Shown piece by piece: positions 18,641 through 26,032 of a stretch of DNA of 64,000 bases. Source of the stretch: a virus; IMG/VR virus record IMGVR_UViG_3300042402_001868, positions 91,923-155,922 of that record. The stretch is one strand, 5' to 3'. Position 1 is the stretch's first letter. Each line of letters starts with the position of its first letter. Under the pieces are notes generated by a model. That model ran no database searches. It saw only the letters and a program-made list of their open reading frames with translations, and was not told where the DNA came from. The position numbers were made by a program, and so were the translations under genes.

Positions 18641-18719
18641 AAATAAGGGAGAGCCACGGTTGCAGGACCTAGTGCTTCGTTACCAAAGGAAGTATCCAGG
18701 CGATGTGGCTCTCAAAACT

Positions 18720-18794
18720 TGGCGGTCTGTGGGAGAATCGAACTCCCGTAAGTGGATAGACAATCCACAGTAATAACCTCTATACGAACAGACC
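18720..18794 (-). tRNA. tRNA-Asp(GTC)
   Basis: GTGGATTGTCTATCCAC, G73, CCA. Confidence 0.92.
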
Positions 18795-18802
18795 AAAATC
18801 TA

Positions 18803-19017
18803 CTATATTAAAAAATACTAAAGGAACCATTGTGCATCTATGTCTACCTATACAACCGTCTTGTATAGGCCTGCACGGTCATTACTGCCTACATGCTCCG
18901 CCGCTTTTCTGGACATTTCTGCCCGGTTTCATAGACCTAGATTGAGCGTGGGCGGCCCCACTGTCCTCGCCTTAGATCCCTAACGGTGTAGGTAACCTTT
19001 AATACATTTTAATATAG
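18803..19017 (-). ncRNA. putative structured ncRNA, family unknown
   Basis: Closing IR CTATATTAAAA/TTTTAATATAG extended by TAAAGG/CCTTTA; GC-rich core. Confidence 0.5.
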
Positions 19018-19052
19018 CAACCCTTGCGGGCTACTACAAGAAAAACTTAACT

Positions 19053-19084
19053 TTTTAAAGAACATCTAGTTAATTTCTAACTAG
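19053..19084 (-). promoter_or_regulatory. rrn-type antitermination signal (boxB-like hairpin + boxA)
   Basis: CTAGTTA-GAAAT-TAACTAG then TGTTCTTTAAAA. Confidence 0.65.
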
Positions 19085-19089
19085 TCTCT

Positions 19090-19216
19090 AGTATAGCACA
19101 ATGTCAATATCTAGTCAACTTGTTTTTGCAAGTCCCTTCACTTTAGAAGGATTCTGTTAAGAACACCTTGTTTCTTAACTTGTTTCTATTGTAGCAAATT
19201 GCGAATATTGCGTCAA
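19090..19216 (-). promoter_or_regulatory. tandem sigma70 promoters of the tRNA operon
   Basis: TTGACG-17-TACAAT (19216-19188) and TTGACT-17-TATACT (19118-19090), both with extended -10 TG. Confidence 0.8.
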
Positions 19217-19224
19217 CCTCCAAT

Positions 19225-19250
19225 AAAAAACCCGCTTAGTGCGGGTTTTT
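19225..19250. terminator. bidirectional intrinsic terminator
   Basis: AAAAAACCCGC-TTAGT-GCGGGTTTTT. Confidence 0.85.
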
Positions 19251-19276
19251 ATAAATGTAATACTTTTGTTTACATT

Positions 19277-20176
19277 TTATGCAACAAACGGAGTGTACTC
19301 AATTCCTGTTGTTGCTAACCCTACTAATCCAATTGTGGTTTCAAAAGCTGCCAACTCACTTGCGGCTACTAAAACATCTGCTTGGCTCAAATTGCTACTA
19401 GTCATCCAAGCTGTGTAATCGGTAACCTGGGTCAATGTAGCATCTGTACCAAATACGTTTTTGTAAACATGCTTGATAAATGTTTCATTACTGACACCAC
19501 CAGCATCTGTTTTGTAAGTGTCTGTGGCCAATAATGCTGTTGCTAGTTCTTTGTTGGTCCATCCTGAATCAGCAAGGTGTATACCAATGCCTTTGTATGC
19601 GTTGGTTACGTCAGCTGTGCCAAGTGCGGCTGCCAACAATGCGTATACATCGCCGGCACGGCCTGCGGCATCATAAGCAACGGCCTTGTCAGTGAACACC
19701 ACACGCTCATGGTCAGCAAGATTGAATTCCATGTTAGAAACTAGAGTACTTGCCAAGGTAACCTTAGCGGCAGTTTTAGTTGTGGTGAACTCTGTGCTTG
19801 CACCGCCCATGGTGTAAGTGTCAACACCTGCGGTACCAGTGACATCTACAACAACGTCAACGGTGCCATCACCTGCACGACCTGTACCCACTACGCCGAA
19901 TGTGGCAACTTTACCTAGTGTGCCAACAGTGGCCACTGTAACGATCAAGTTGTTGGCTACCGTGCCGCCTAATGCTGTTCCAGCAAGAGTGATTGTATCA
20001 CCTGCTACATAGCCGCGACCTGCACTTGCGGCAAGGCTGTCTAATACAACGGAATATACGCCGTTGGTTTTTGTAACATCAAATGCGGCCTCAACTCCTG
20101 CACCACCTGTTAATCCAGTGATGTTTTGATAGGTAGCGTTTACTGCTTTGTCTTTGATTGTAATTGTTGTTGTCAT
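19277..20176 (-). CDS. Thr/Ala/Gly-rich S-layer-like protein with DUF4214-like C-terminus
   Basis: ERVVFTDKAVAYD, SNETFIKHVYKNVFG, terminal GIEY; own TTGACT-17-TATACT promoter; start reassigned to MTTTIT after an AAGGA RBS. Confidence 0.6.
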   Translation of the reverse strand: MTTTITIKDKAVNATYQNITGLTGGAGVEAAFDVTKTNGVYSVVLDSLAASAGRGYVAGDTITLAGTALGGTVANNLIVTVATVGTLGKVATFGVVGTGRAGDGTVDVVVDVTGTAGVDTYTMGGASTEFTTTKTAAKVTLASTLVSNMEFNLADHERVVFTDKAVAYDAAGRAGDVYALLAAALGTADVTNAYKGIGIHLADSGWTNKELATALLATDTYKTDAGGVSNETFIKHVYKNVFGTDATLTQVTDYTAWMTSSNLSQADVLVAASELAAFETTIGLVGLATTGIEYTPFVA

Positions 20177-20232
20177 TATTTTTCCTTGTAAAATGAATAT
20201 CAACTAGTATATAGCGTTTATACTAATAAGTC

Positions 20233-20264
20233 AAAGAAAAAGGGCACAAAAATGCCCTTTTTTT
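20233..20264 (-). terminator. intrinsic terminator after tmRNA
   Basis: AAAAGGGCA-loop-TGCCCTTTTT. Confidence 0.75.
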
Positions 20265-20580
20265 GGTGGTTTCTGTTACGAGGTATTTCCTACCCTAGGC
20301 TGAGTTCAGGCAGCCAAAGCGAACTGTTCGTCGTTTGCATTTACGTGTTTTGCTTCTCCGACCGGGAGACCCCTGTCCTAACGGCTTCTACATTGCCGGA
20401 CTGTCCATTTCCGTACTCTTGACCCAATCGATATCTATGTCAGGCCCATCAAAAACACACTAGAACTAAGATTTTCGCAGTCAAGTTTTAGAGTACTCGT
20501 ACTACGCCAATGTGCTTATGGTGGACCTGCCGGGAACTGCCCCCGGGTCTTGAATCCTTTTCTGTCTACTTCATACAGTC
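20265..20580 (-). ncRNA. ssrA: two-piece (circularly permuted) tmRNA, tag ANDEQFALAA
   Basis: Acceptor piece ending CAGGTCCACCA (20519) precedes the coding piece starting GGGCCTG (20447); G3:U70; tag ORF 20338-20306. Confidence 0.9.
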
Positions 20581-20658
20581 TTAACTTGTATTTAAACATA
20601 TCTTCGAATTATTGTCAACCTCTAATCACAGCATAATTACATACAGCAAGGACAACAT

Positions 20659-21366
20659 ATGATTTATTTTGATGGTGATAGTCACACATACGGGGAAGAA
20701 TTAGAAAACCCTGCGCAGGAAAGTTTTCCAAAAATCTTGTCAGAAAAACTAGGACATGAATTTGTAAACTTAGCCGAATCTGGATGTGCCAATGATGAAA
20801 TCATGAGAAGGGTACATCGTTACCTGGCACAGTGCAAAGAAAAAAATCAATACCCAGACATGATAATCATTGGTTGGACTGAAGTTGACCGCGAAACATG
20901 GTTCCTTAACGGTGTGGGAAAATCTGTTGAAACATACAAATTAACCGCAACAGATGCACATAAACTGAACCCTGAGAGGCTTGCTAAATTTAGAAAAAAT
21001 GTCAAATACAACGGTATGTATATTGCTGCCATGACACACTATTGGTACAATCAAGTTTTTAATTTACATTGTGAACTTGAACTGTTAAAAATTCCGCACT
21101 TGTTTTTTCATGGCTGTCCAAATTGGTTAAAAAAGTGGAATGACATCCGTAGTTGGAATATTGTAAAAATGGACAATATCACCACATATCCGTGGAATAA
21201 TACTTTTATAAATCAGACAGATCCTGATTTTAGCATGTTTCAATGGACCACTGCTCGTGGACATCCACACACCAAATATGATCACGTTGGACCTCTAGCA
21301 CATGTTGAATGGGCCGAGTTGTTGTACAACCACATACAACAGCATGCTCTGCTAGATCAATTGTGA
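20659..21366 (+). CDS. SGNH/GDSL-like protein
   Basis: FDGDSHTYG, NLAESGCAN, IGWT, DHVGPLAH. Confidence 0.6.
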   Translation: MIYFDGDSHTYGEELENPAQESFPKILSEKLGHEFVNLAESGCANDEIMRRVHRYLAQCKEKNQYPDMIIIGWTEVDRETWFLNGVGKSVETYKLTATDAHKLNPERLAKFRKNVKYNGMYIAAMTHYWYNQVFNLHCELELLKIPHLFFHGCPNWLKKWNDIRSWNIVKMDNITTYPWNNTFINQTDPDFSMFQWTTARGHPHTKYDHVGPLAHVEWAELLYNHIQQHALLDQL

Positions 21367-21887
21367 CTGTCATTGTCCCATTCTTTTGGAATCCAGCCTA
21401 GTCGAAATAGGTCTGCTCGTATTTCGTCAGTAACTGTGCCCTCTGGCACATGTCCTAGGTTCACCCATTGTTCATCGGGTTCACCTTGTATTCCTGAACA
21501 ATACCAATCAATATAGTCACCTTGTTCGCGCATGTCTGCCACAATGCCTCCTGCATGGCGCCAACTGGCACTCCACCGCTGATCCCGGATCAATGGCCAT
21601 ACTTTGTTCTTTACAAACTGCATGTTGCACATGGCCGCATACAAGTTTTGAGCATAAGAGGCATTGCTTTTAACTTTGTCACAGATCCACTTGGTGCTAC
21701 GCAGGTCGTATTCCATGTTGTCTTTTTGCCATTCAGGATCTACTATATTAGCTTCAGCTTGTTCTTTAGCTGTTTTCCACATGTTAATATAAATTTCTGG
21801 AACTTCTTTGCCATCTTGTTTGGCTCGCTCTTTTGCACTCTCAAGTTGGAAGGTATGGCGCTCGGGACTGCTGTTTACTTTGGTCAT
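21357..21887 (-). CDS. hypothetical phage protein
   Basis: YAQNLYAAMCN, SWRHAGGIVA, DYIDWYCSG. Confidence 0.7.
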   Translation of the reverse strand: MTKVNSSPERHTFQLESAKERAKQDGKEVPEIYINMWKTAKEQAEANIVDPEWQKDNMEYDLRSTKWICDKVKSNASYAQNLYAAMCNMQFVKNKVWPLIRDQRWSASWRHAGGIVADMREQGDYIDWYCSGIQGEPDEQWVNLGHVPEGTVTDEIRADLFRLGWIPKEWDNDSHN

Positions 21888-21897
21888 GATATAAAAA

Positions 21898-21984
21898 TGG
21901 TACGAGTGACCGGAATTGAACCGGTACGCCTTTTAAAGCGAGAGATTTTAAGTCTCTTGTGTCTACCTATTTCACCACACTCGC
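21898..21984 (-). tRNA. tRNA-Leu(TAA)
   Basis: AGAGACTTAAAATCTCT, long variable arm, CCA. Confidence 0.92.
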
Positions 21985-21991
21985 TTGTGCA

Positions 21992-22153
21992 TTAACCGCC
22001 CCTGCCAGTGACCTTTTTAACAGGTTTGCCCACAGGCTGTGGCGCTGTTGCTTTCTTAACTGACTTGGAACCTTTAGCAGGTTTTGCATCAGGATGTTGT
22101 GCGGCATGCTTTTTTTCCAATGCCGCTTTTACTGCTGTGATATATGAAGCCAT
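21992..22153 (-). CDS. 53-aa Lys/Ala/Pro-rich basic protein
   Basis: MASYITAVKAALEKKHAAQHPDAKPAKGSKSVKKATAPQPVGKPVKKVTGRGG; AGGAG RBS; below the ORF-track cutoff. Confidence 0.7.
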   Translation of the reverse strand: MASYITAVKAALEKKHAAQHPDAKPAKGSKSVKKATAPQPVGKPVKKVTGRGG

Positions 22154-22187
22154 ACTGTTCTCCTAGTGTCTGTTATTTAACAGGGCA

Positions 22188-22262
22188 TGGTCCGGCCACT
22201 AGGAATCGAACCTAGATTGACGGCTTAGAAGGCCGCTGTATTATCCATTATACTATGGCCAG
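22188..22262 (-). tRNA. tRNA-Arg(TCT)
   Basis: CGGCCTTCTAAGCCG, CCA. Confidence 0.92.
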
Positions 22263-22267
22263 ACAAT

Positions 22268-22627
22268 TTAATCCCAATGCATCCGGTTGTTCATCTGATA
22301 GAAAAAATCTTTTTCTAACTCATACATATCTGATGGACTCAATCTAAAGTGTTGACTATTACCCAGTCTTGATACTGAAAATCTAACATAGCTAGCAGGT
22401 TCGCAGTTGGGTCGCGGTGCATGATGTTTGTTAATTACCAACCAGTTGTGTCCGTTAACTTCGGCATTGAATCCTGTTTCTTTGTTCCAGTTGGCCAGCA
22501 TGTCGGCCATCTGATCTGTGGTCATGTGATACCCTTGAGCATAGGTGTCGCTAACTCTTATAGAGAGGTCAACCCGCTTTTGCTCTTTGAACACATATAG
22601 TTTTAAAGTTTTGGTAAAGTTTAACAT
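22268..22627 (-). CDS. hypothetical protein
   Basis: ORF between two tRNAs. Confidence 0.6.
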   Translation of the reverse strand: MLNFTKTLKLYVFKEQKRVDLSIRVSDTYAQGYHMTTDQMADMLANWNKETGFNAEVNGHNWLVINKHHAPRPNCEPASYVRFSVSRLGNSQHFRLSPSDMYELEKDFFYQMNNRMHWD

Positions 22628-22638
22628 TTAGAATTAAT

Positions 22639-22715
22639 TGGTGCGCCCACAAGGACTTGAACCTTGGACCAAAGGATTATGAGTCCTCTGCTCTGACCAA
22701 CTGAGCTATAGGCGC
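22639..22715 (-). tRNA. tRNA(CAT), probably Ile2 (lysidine)
   Basis: AGGACTCATAATCCT arm resembles bacterial Ile2; CCA. Confidence 0.8.
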
Positions 22716-22748
22716 ATTGTTTTATTGTACAAGGAAAACTATTTATAG

Positions 22749-22874
22749 TCAACCCATTTGACGGATCTCTACCACCTGATACCGACTATAAGGATAGCGT
22801 TCCTGCAACCATTCCAGCAGGCCTTCTTCCCAGGGAAGCACCACAGTCTCGGCGGAGTTTACAATCACCTTCAT
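22749..22874 (-). CDS. small hypothetical protein (41 aa)
   Basis: MKVIVNSAETVVLPWEEGLLEWLQERYP...; ATGA coupling. Confidence 0.5.
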   Translation of the reverse strand: MKVIVNSAETVVLPWEEGLLEWLQERYPYSRYQVVEIRQMG

Positions 22875-22993
22875 AACAGGGACTTGATGTAGGCAATCAC
22901 AGCCCGAGCTTCTGTGAAGTCTGTGATCTCGGGTGCAAGGGCCTCGTATCTGTAAGAGGTCCAGGCCAGTCGGCTAAAGTCTGCTCGTTTCAT
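22871..22993 (-). CDS. small hypothetical protein (40 aa)
   Basis: MKRADFSRLAWTSYRYEALAPEITDFTEARAVI...; ATGA coupling on both sides. Confidence 0.5.
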   Translation of the reverse strand: MKRADFSRLAWTSYRYEALAPEITDFTEARAVIAYIKSLL

Positions 22994-23310
22994 GCTGTTA
23001 TCCAATCAGTGTTATCTTTTATTTCAATGTTTTCTGCACCGTCGTATTCTCCAATCCGAAACTCAGTGCCCTCGGGCAACCAGGCCACAGCCAAGTCTTT
23101 CATGCCACCTGTGTAGAGACCTGGATACTTGAGTGTGACATAAGTTTCCATCTCAGCCCACTGCTCAGTTTCCACAAACGTCACAATGGCCGGATCAAAC
23201 ACAAGTTCTGGCACTTCCTTGTTCCAAGTCGACCAGCCTGCACCGAACCCTGGCGAGTATAGCACAGCCACTTTGCCGTTGTCAACCAACTTAGTAATAT
23301 TCTTTGTCAT
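22990..23310 (-). CDS. hypothetical phage protein
   Basis: GKVAVLYSPGFGAGWSTWN...EYDGAE; start reassigned. Confidence 0.7.
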   Translation of the reverse strand: MTKNITKLVDNGKVAVLYSPGFGAGWSTWNKEVPELVFDPAIVTFVETEQWAEMETYVTLKYPGLYTGGMKDLAVAWLPEGTEFRIGEYDGAENIEIKDNTDWITA

Positions 23311-23695
23311 AGTCAGCGTCCGTTTCAATATCCACATGCCCAAACCTGAGTAGGCCTAGGCTTACCTTTCTAACTTCAAATGGTTGTGCAAATTCTACAA
23401 TGGCTCCCAGACTTTCAATGTCATCGTAAGTGGGGTCGCGTATGTCTTCAACTTGGATACAACCAATAGATCCCGAGTCCACCATGTGTTCGGTACCAAT
23501 GTTGCTGTTGTATGTGCCGTCACCCCAGGCTGTGCCAAAGCTGGCAAAACGACGACCGTCTTTTAATGTAAACTCACCTTCAACACCACGACCTTCGTGC
23601 CGAGGTGGAAAGAACATAGCACATGCCTCATCCCATTCTGGGTGCATGACATAGCACAAGTCACCAATGTAATATCGTCCTGCTGGCATGGTCAT
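23291..23695 (-). CDS. hypothetical phage protein
   Basis: YYIGDLCYV, TAWGDG, VDSGSIG; AGGAG RBS. Confidence 0.7.
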   Translation of the reverse strand: MTMPAGRYYIGDLCYVMHPEWDEACAMFFPPRHEGRGVEGEFTLKDGRRFASFGTAWGDGTYNSNIGTEHMVDSGSIGCIQVEDIRDPTYDDIESLGAIVEFAQPFEVRKVSLGLLRFGHVDIETDADYDKEYY

Positions 23696-23696
23696 T

Positions 23697-23927
23697 TTAC
23701 CACTCCTTTTTGTCGCCGGTGGCTTCGTTGTTGCGATAGCCTGCGGTGTATGCCACAATCTCTGCCGGTGTCATTTGCGCCATATCAATTCTAGGACTGC
23801 GGTGAGTGTCTCTCACAAAGTAATGCGGCATATAGTCACGACCGTAATAGCTGTCAGCAACTCCACGATCGTAAGGGCCGCCGTGACGTTGATCGTAATA
23901 ACCAGATTGTGTGTGTTCTGCTAACAT
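23697..23927 (-). CDS. hypothetical phage protein
   Basis: RHGGPYDRGVADSYYGR; AAGGAG RBS. Confidence 0.7.
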   Translation of the reverse strand: MLAEHTQSGYYDQRHGGPYDRGVADSYYGRDYMPHYFVRDTHRSPRIDMAQMTPAEIVAYTAGYRNNEATGDKKEW

Positions 23928-23937
23928 AGTTTTCTCC

Positions 23938-24312
23938 TTAAGCCGCTTTGCGGAAGTATTGATAGGGCAAGCCCAGAATCCAGGCCAGGTAATCGTTGTC
24001 GCCGTTAGTCTCTTCGGCTTCGTGAATCCAACGCATGGCCATTTCCGAGTCTTTAGCACCGGTACTGATCAATTCAGCAACACGGCGTTCAAACAACTCA
24101 ACCGCCTTGGACTCTGCCGCCTTACGGGCAGTCTCTTCACGGTCAATAGCTTGACCCAAGATCACAAACTCTTCCTGAAACTGCTCAAGAGTCCAGCTAG
24201 AGGTGTCAACACCACGTGGACGGAAGCCATATGCATCCTTGTGCATATCCCAGTAAGTGGCCTGGGCTTGTTCCAATTCTGTCATGTCTTCCCAAGATGT
24301 AAATTCTGTCAT
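23938..24312 (-). CDS. hypothetical early protein
   Basis: DMHKDAYGFRPR; start reassigned after promoter and AAGGAG. Confidence 0.75.
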   Translation of the reverse strand: MTEFTSWEDMTELEQAQATYWDMHKDAYGFRPRGVDTSSWTLEQFQEEFVILGQAIDREETARKAAESKAVELFERRVAELISTGAKDSEMAMRWIHEAEETNGDNDYLAWILGLPYQYFRKAA

Positions 24313-24316
24313 TTGT

Positions 24317-24660
24317 GGCTCCTTATTTCTTACTATGTTCATATTATAGCAAATCGGCAATTATTGGTCAACCAAATTTAAATTGCTTGGGAGTACCAAC
24401 CTTCACGCTCAATCTTGCGATTGGCACGGAGAATTGTATTACGGGCTTTATCAACACCAGGTGTTGAACTTGATGCATAGATGCTACCGTTGGCTTGAAG
24501 AAACGCAACCGCATTGTGCTTGGCCTGATAGGTTTTCAGTGCCACTGCAGGGATCAACATTGTTCGACCGTTTACAGGGGTAAAAGTAACTTTCATTTCG
24601 GGCTCCTTATTTCTTACTATGTTCATATTATAGCAAATCGGCAATTATTGGTCAACCAAA
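24317..24660 (-). repeat. exact 60-bp direct repeat (24317-24376, 24601-24660): promoter + RBS cassette
   Basis: TTGACC-17-TATAAT with extended -10, followed by AAGGAG; partial third copy at 25020-25053. Confidence 0.9.
24378..24596 (-). CDS. hypothetical early protein
   Basis: Start reassigned to MKVTF after the repeated RBS. Confidence 0.65.
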   Translation of the reverse strand: MKVTFTPVNGRTMLIPAVALKTYQAKHNAVAFLQANGSIYASSSTPGVDKARNTILRANRKIEREGWYSQAI

Positions 24661-24674
24661 ATGCAGTGTTGTAA

Positions 24675-25013
24675 TTAAACAACACCACGCACATCTGTGT
24701 TCAAATTGGGTTTGTGCTCACGGATCAATTCACGCTCTAATTTGTGAGCGTCGGTTTTGCCACGCACAACATCCACAACCACCAAGTTAAATGTGTCAAC
24801 ACCACGCTCACGCATGCACTCATATAGTGCCCAGGATTTGTCTTCTGAACGTGAGCGATATACGTGTTTGTTAAAACGCACTTGAGCACTCTTGTTAACA
24901 GTGCTTTCAGTCTTGGCAGTAACACCAATGTAGAAGTCGGCACCGCTTTGCAACATATAAATGATATGTGTACGATCGGTGCGCTTTTTACGTGATTGCT
25001 TTTTAAGTTCCAT
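24675..25013 (-). CDS. GIY-YIG nuclease-like protein, probably leaderless
   Basis: IIYML...FYIGVT, R..KH, ERELI..LN. Confidence 0.65.
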   Translation of the reverse strand: MELKKQSRKKRTDRTHIIYMLQSGADFYIGVTAKTESTVNKSAQVRFNKHVYRSRSEDKSWALYECMRERGVDTFNLVVVDVVRGKTDAHKLERELIREHKPNLNTDVRGVV

Positions 25014-25084
25014 ACAAGTATTATAGCAAATCGGGCATTTCTGGTCAACTAAAATCCACATGTTGTACAAAAACAACATGCTGA

Positions 25085-25144
25085 ATTATAGTGGATTATA
25101 GTTAATTATAGTGGGATTATCGATAATATTATCGGGGATTATCG
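25085..25144. repeat. six phased ATTAT(A/C)G heptamers
   Basis: Copies at 25085, 25095, 25105, 25116, 25128, 25138. Confidence 0.75.
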
Positions 25145-25145
25145 A

Positions 25146-25343
25146 TTAGGGTACTTTATATGGGCCTGCATATACGGTATAATTACCAGATTCGGGGATG
25201 GGTTCATTATAGATTTTCATGAATAGTAATGCCTCTCCACGAAATTTAAAATATACTTCATCAATTATGTTACTACTTGTTTGATTATCAGTATGCTCTA
25301 CTAGATTAACCCGCCATAATCCGGAAAAGTTTATGTCAGTCAT
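25146..25343 (-). CDS. hypothetical protein
   Basis: ATGA-coupled ORF. Confidence 0.5.
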   Translation of the reverse strand: MTDINFSGLWRVNLVEHTDNQTSSNIIDEVYFKFRGEALLFMKIYNEPIPESGNYTVYAGPYKVP

Positions 25344-25705
25344 CCACGTGCAATGCCTTTAATGAACTTGTCAATATCCCCATATAATGAATACATTGTA
25401 GCTTCTTTACTACCAAATAATAATAACTTTGGTTTCTTGCCAAGAAAAATATAATATGGACAGGTGAGTTTTCTGTCCAGAGTTAATAACCTTCCTGGTA
25501 TTGCAGGCATACTAGGTGGCACATCAAACTCATAATGCTCAATTTTTAACGAATCAAAAACAAAAAAGCCTTCGGCGGTTAACCGTAGGCCTGCATCTTT
25601 GTCGGGATTCTTCCACCACTCTTGCATGGCTTCGTCAAGTGTGAGTGCTATATCACTGCGAAGTTGTTCAATCAACTGCTGAGTTAATGCGATCTTATTG
25701 AGCAT
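25340..25705 (-). CDS. hypothetical phage protein
   Basis: GLRLTAEG, LDRKLTCPYY; start reassigned. Confidence 0.65.
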   Translation of the reverse strand: MLNKIALTQQLIEQLRSDIALTLDEAMQEWWKNPDKDAGLRLTAEGFFVFDSLKIEHYEFDVPPSMPAIPGRLLTLDRKLTCPYYIFLGKKPKLLLFGSKEATMYSLYGDIDKFIKGIARG

Positions 25706-25994
25706 TGGGGAACACACGAGCCCCCTGAGTCAACAGCACCACACTGAACTTGTCAGTTTTAAACTGCGTGTTGAGTTTGCGAGCCAAGTTAATGGCATGT
25801 CCAGGATTGGAGAAACTGACCTTCTTGTACTTTGGGCCAGGATACTGTGTGAGCATGTTTGATGTTTTGAGGTTAATGGGAGTGTTATCGTAGAAAACTG
25901 CCCATACTCCTTCCGACGCTAGCACTTGCTCAGTCTTGTAAGATTGTTTGTTTGTGTGCTCGATTAGCACACTGGGTTTTGGTCTACTCATCAT
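25695..25994 (-). CDS. hypothetical phage protein
   Basis: PGPKYKKVSFSNPGHA; AGGAG RBS. Confidence 0.7.
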   Translation of the reverse strand: MMSRPKPSVLIEHTNKQSYKTEQVLASEGVWAVFYDNTPINLKTSNMLTQYPGPKYKKVSFSNPGHAINLARKLNTQFKTDKFSVVLLTQGARVFPNAQ

Positions 25995-26032
25995 TAAACT
26001 CCTAGTACTATTTACCTAGAAAACTGAGTAGT

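Noticed and set aside
18649-18713. SAH riboswitch resemblance
   Set aside because: Lacks the GAGGAGCG element and lies between tRNAs with no regulated gene.
24675-25013. Mobile homing endonuclease element
   Set aside because: Only a short catalytic-like domain, with no DNA-binding extension or flanking intron structure.
23938-25079. Shared N-terminus MPICYNMNIVRNKEP in ORF-track entries
   Set aside because: It is a translation of the duplicated promoter/RBS; the real starts lie after AAGGAG.
24317-25144. CRISPR array
   Set aside because: Only two long repeats flanking a gene and short heptamers; no repeat-spacer periodicity and no cas genes.
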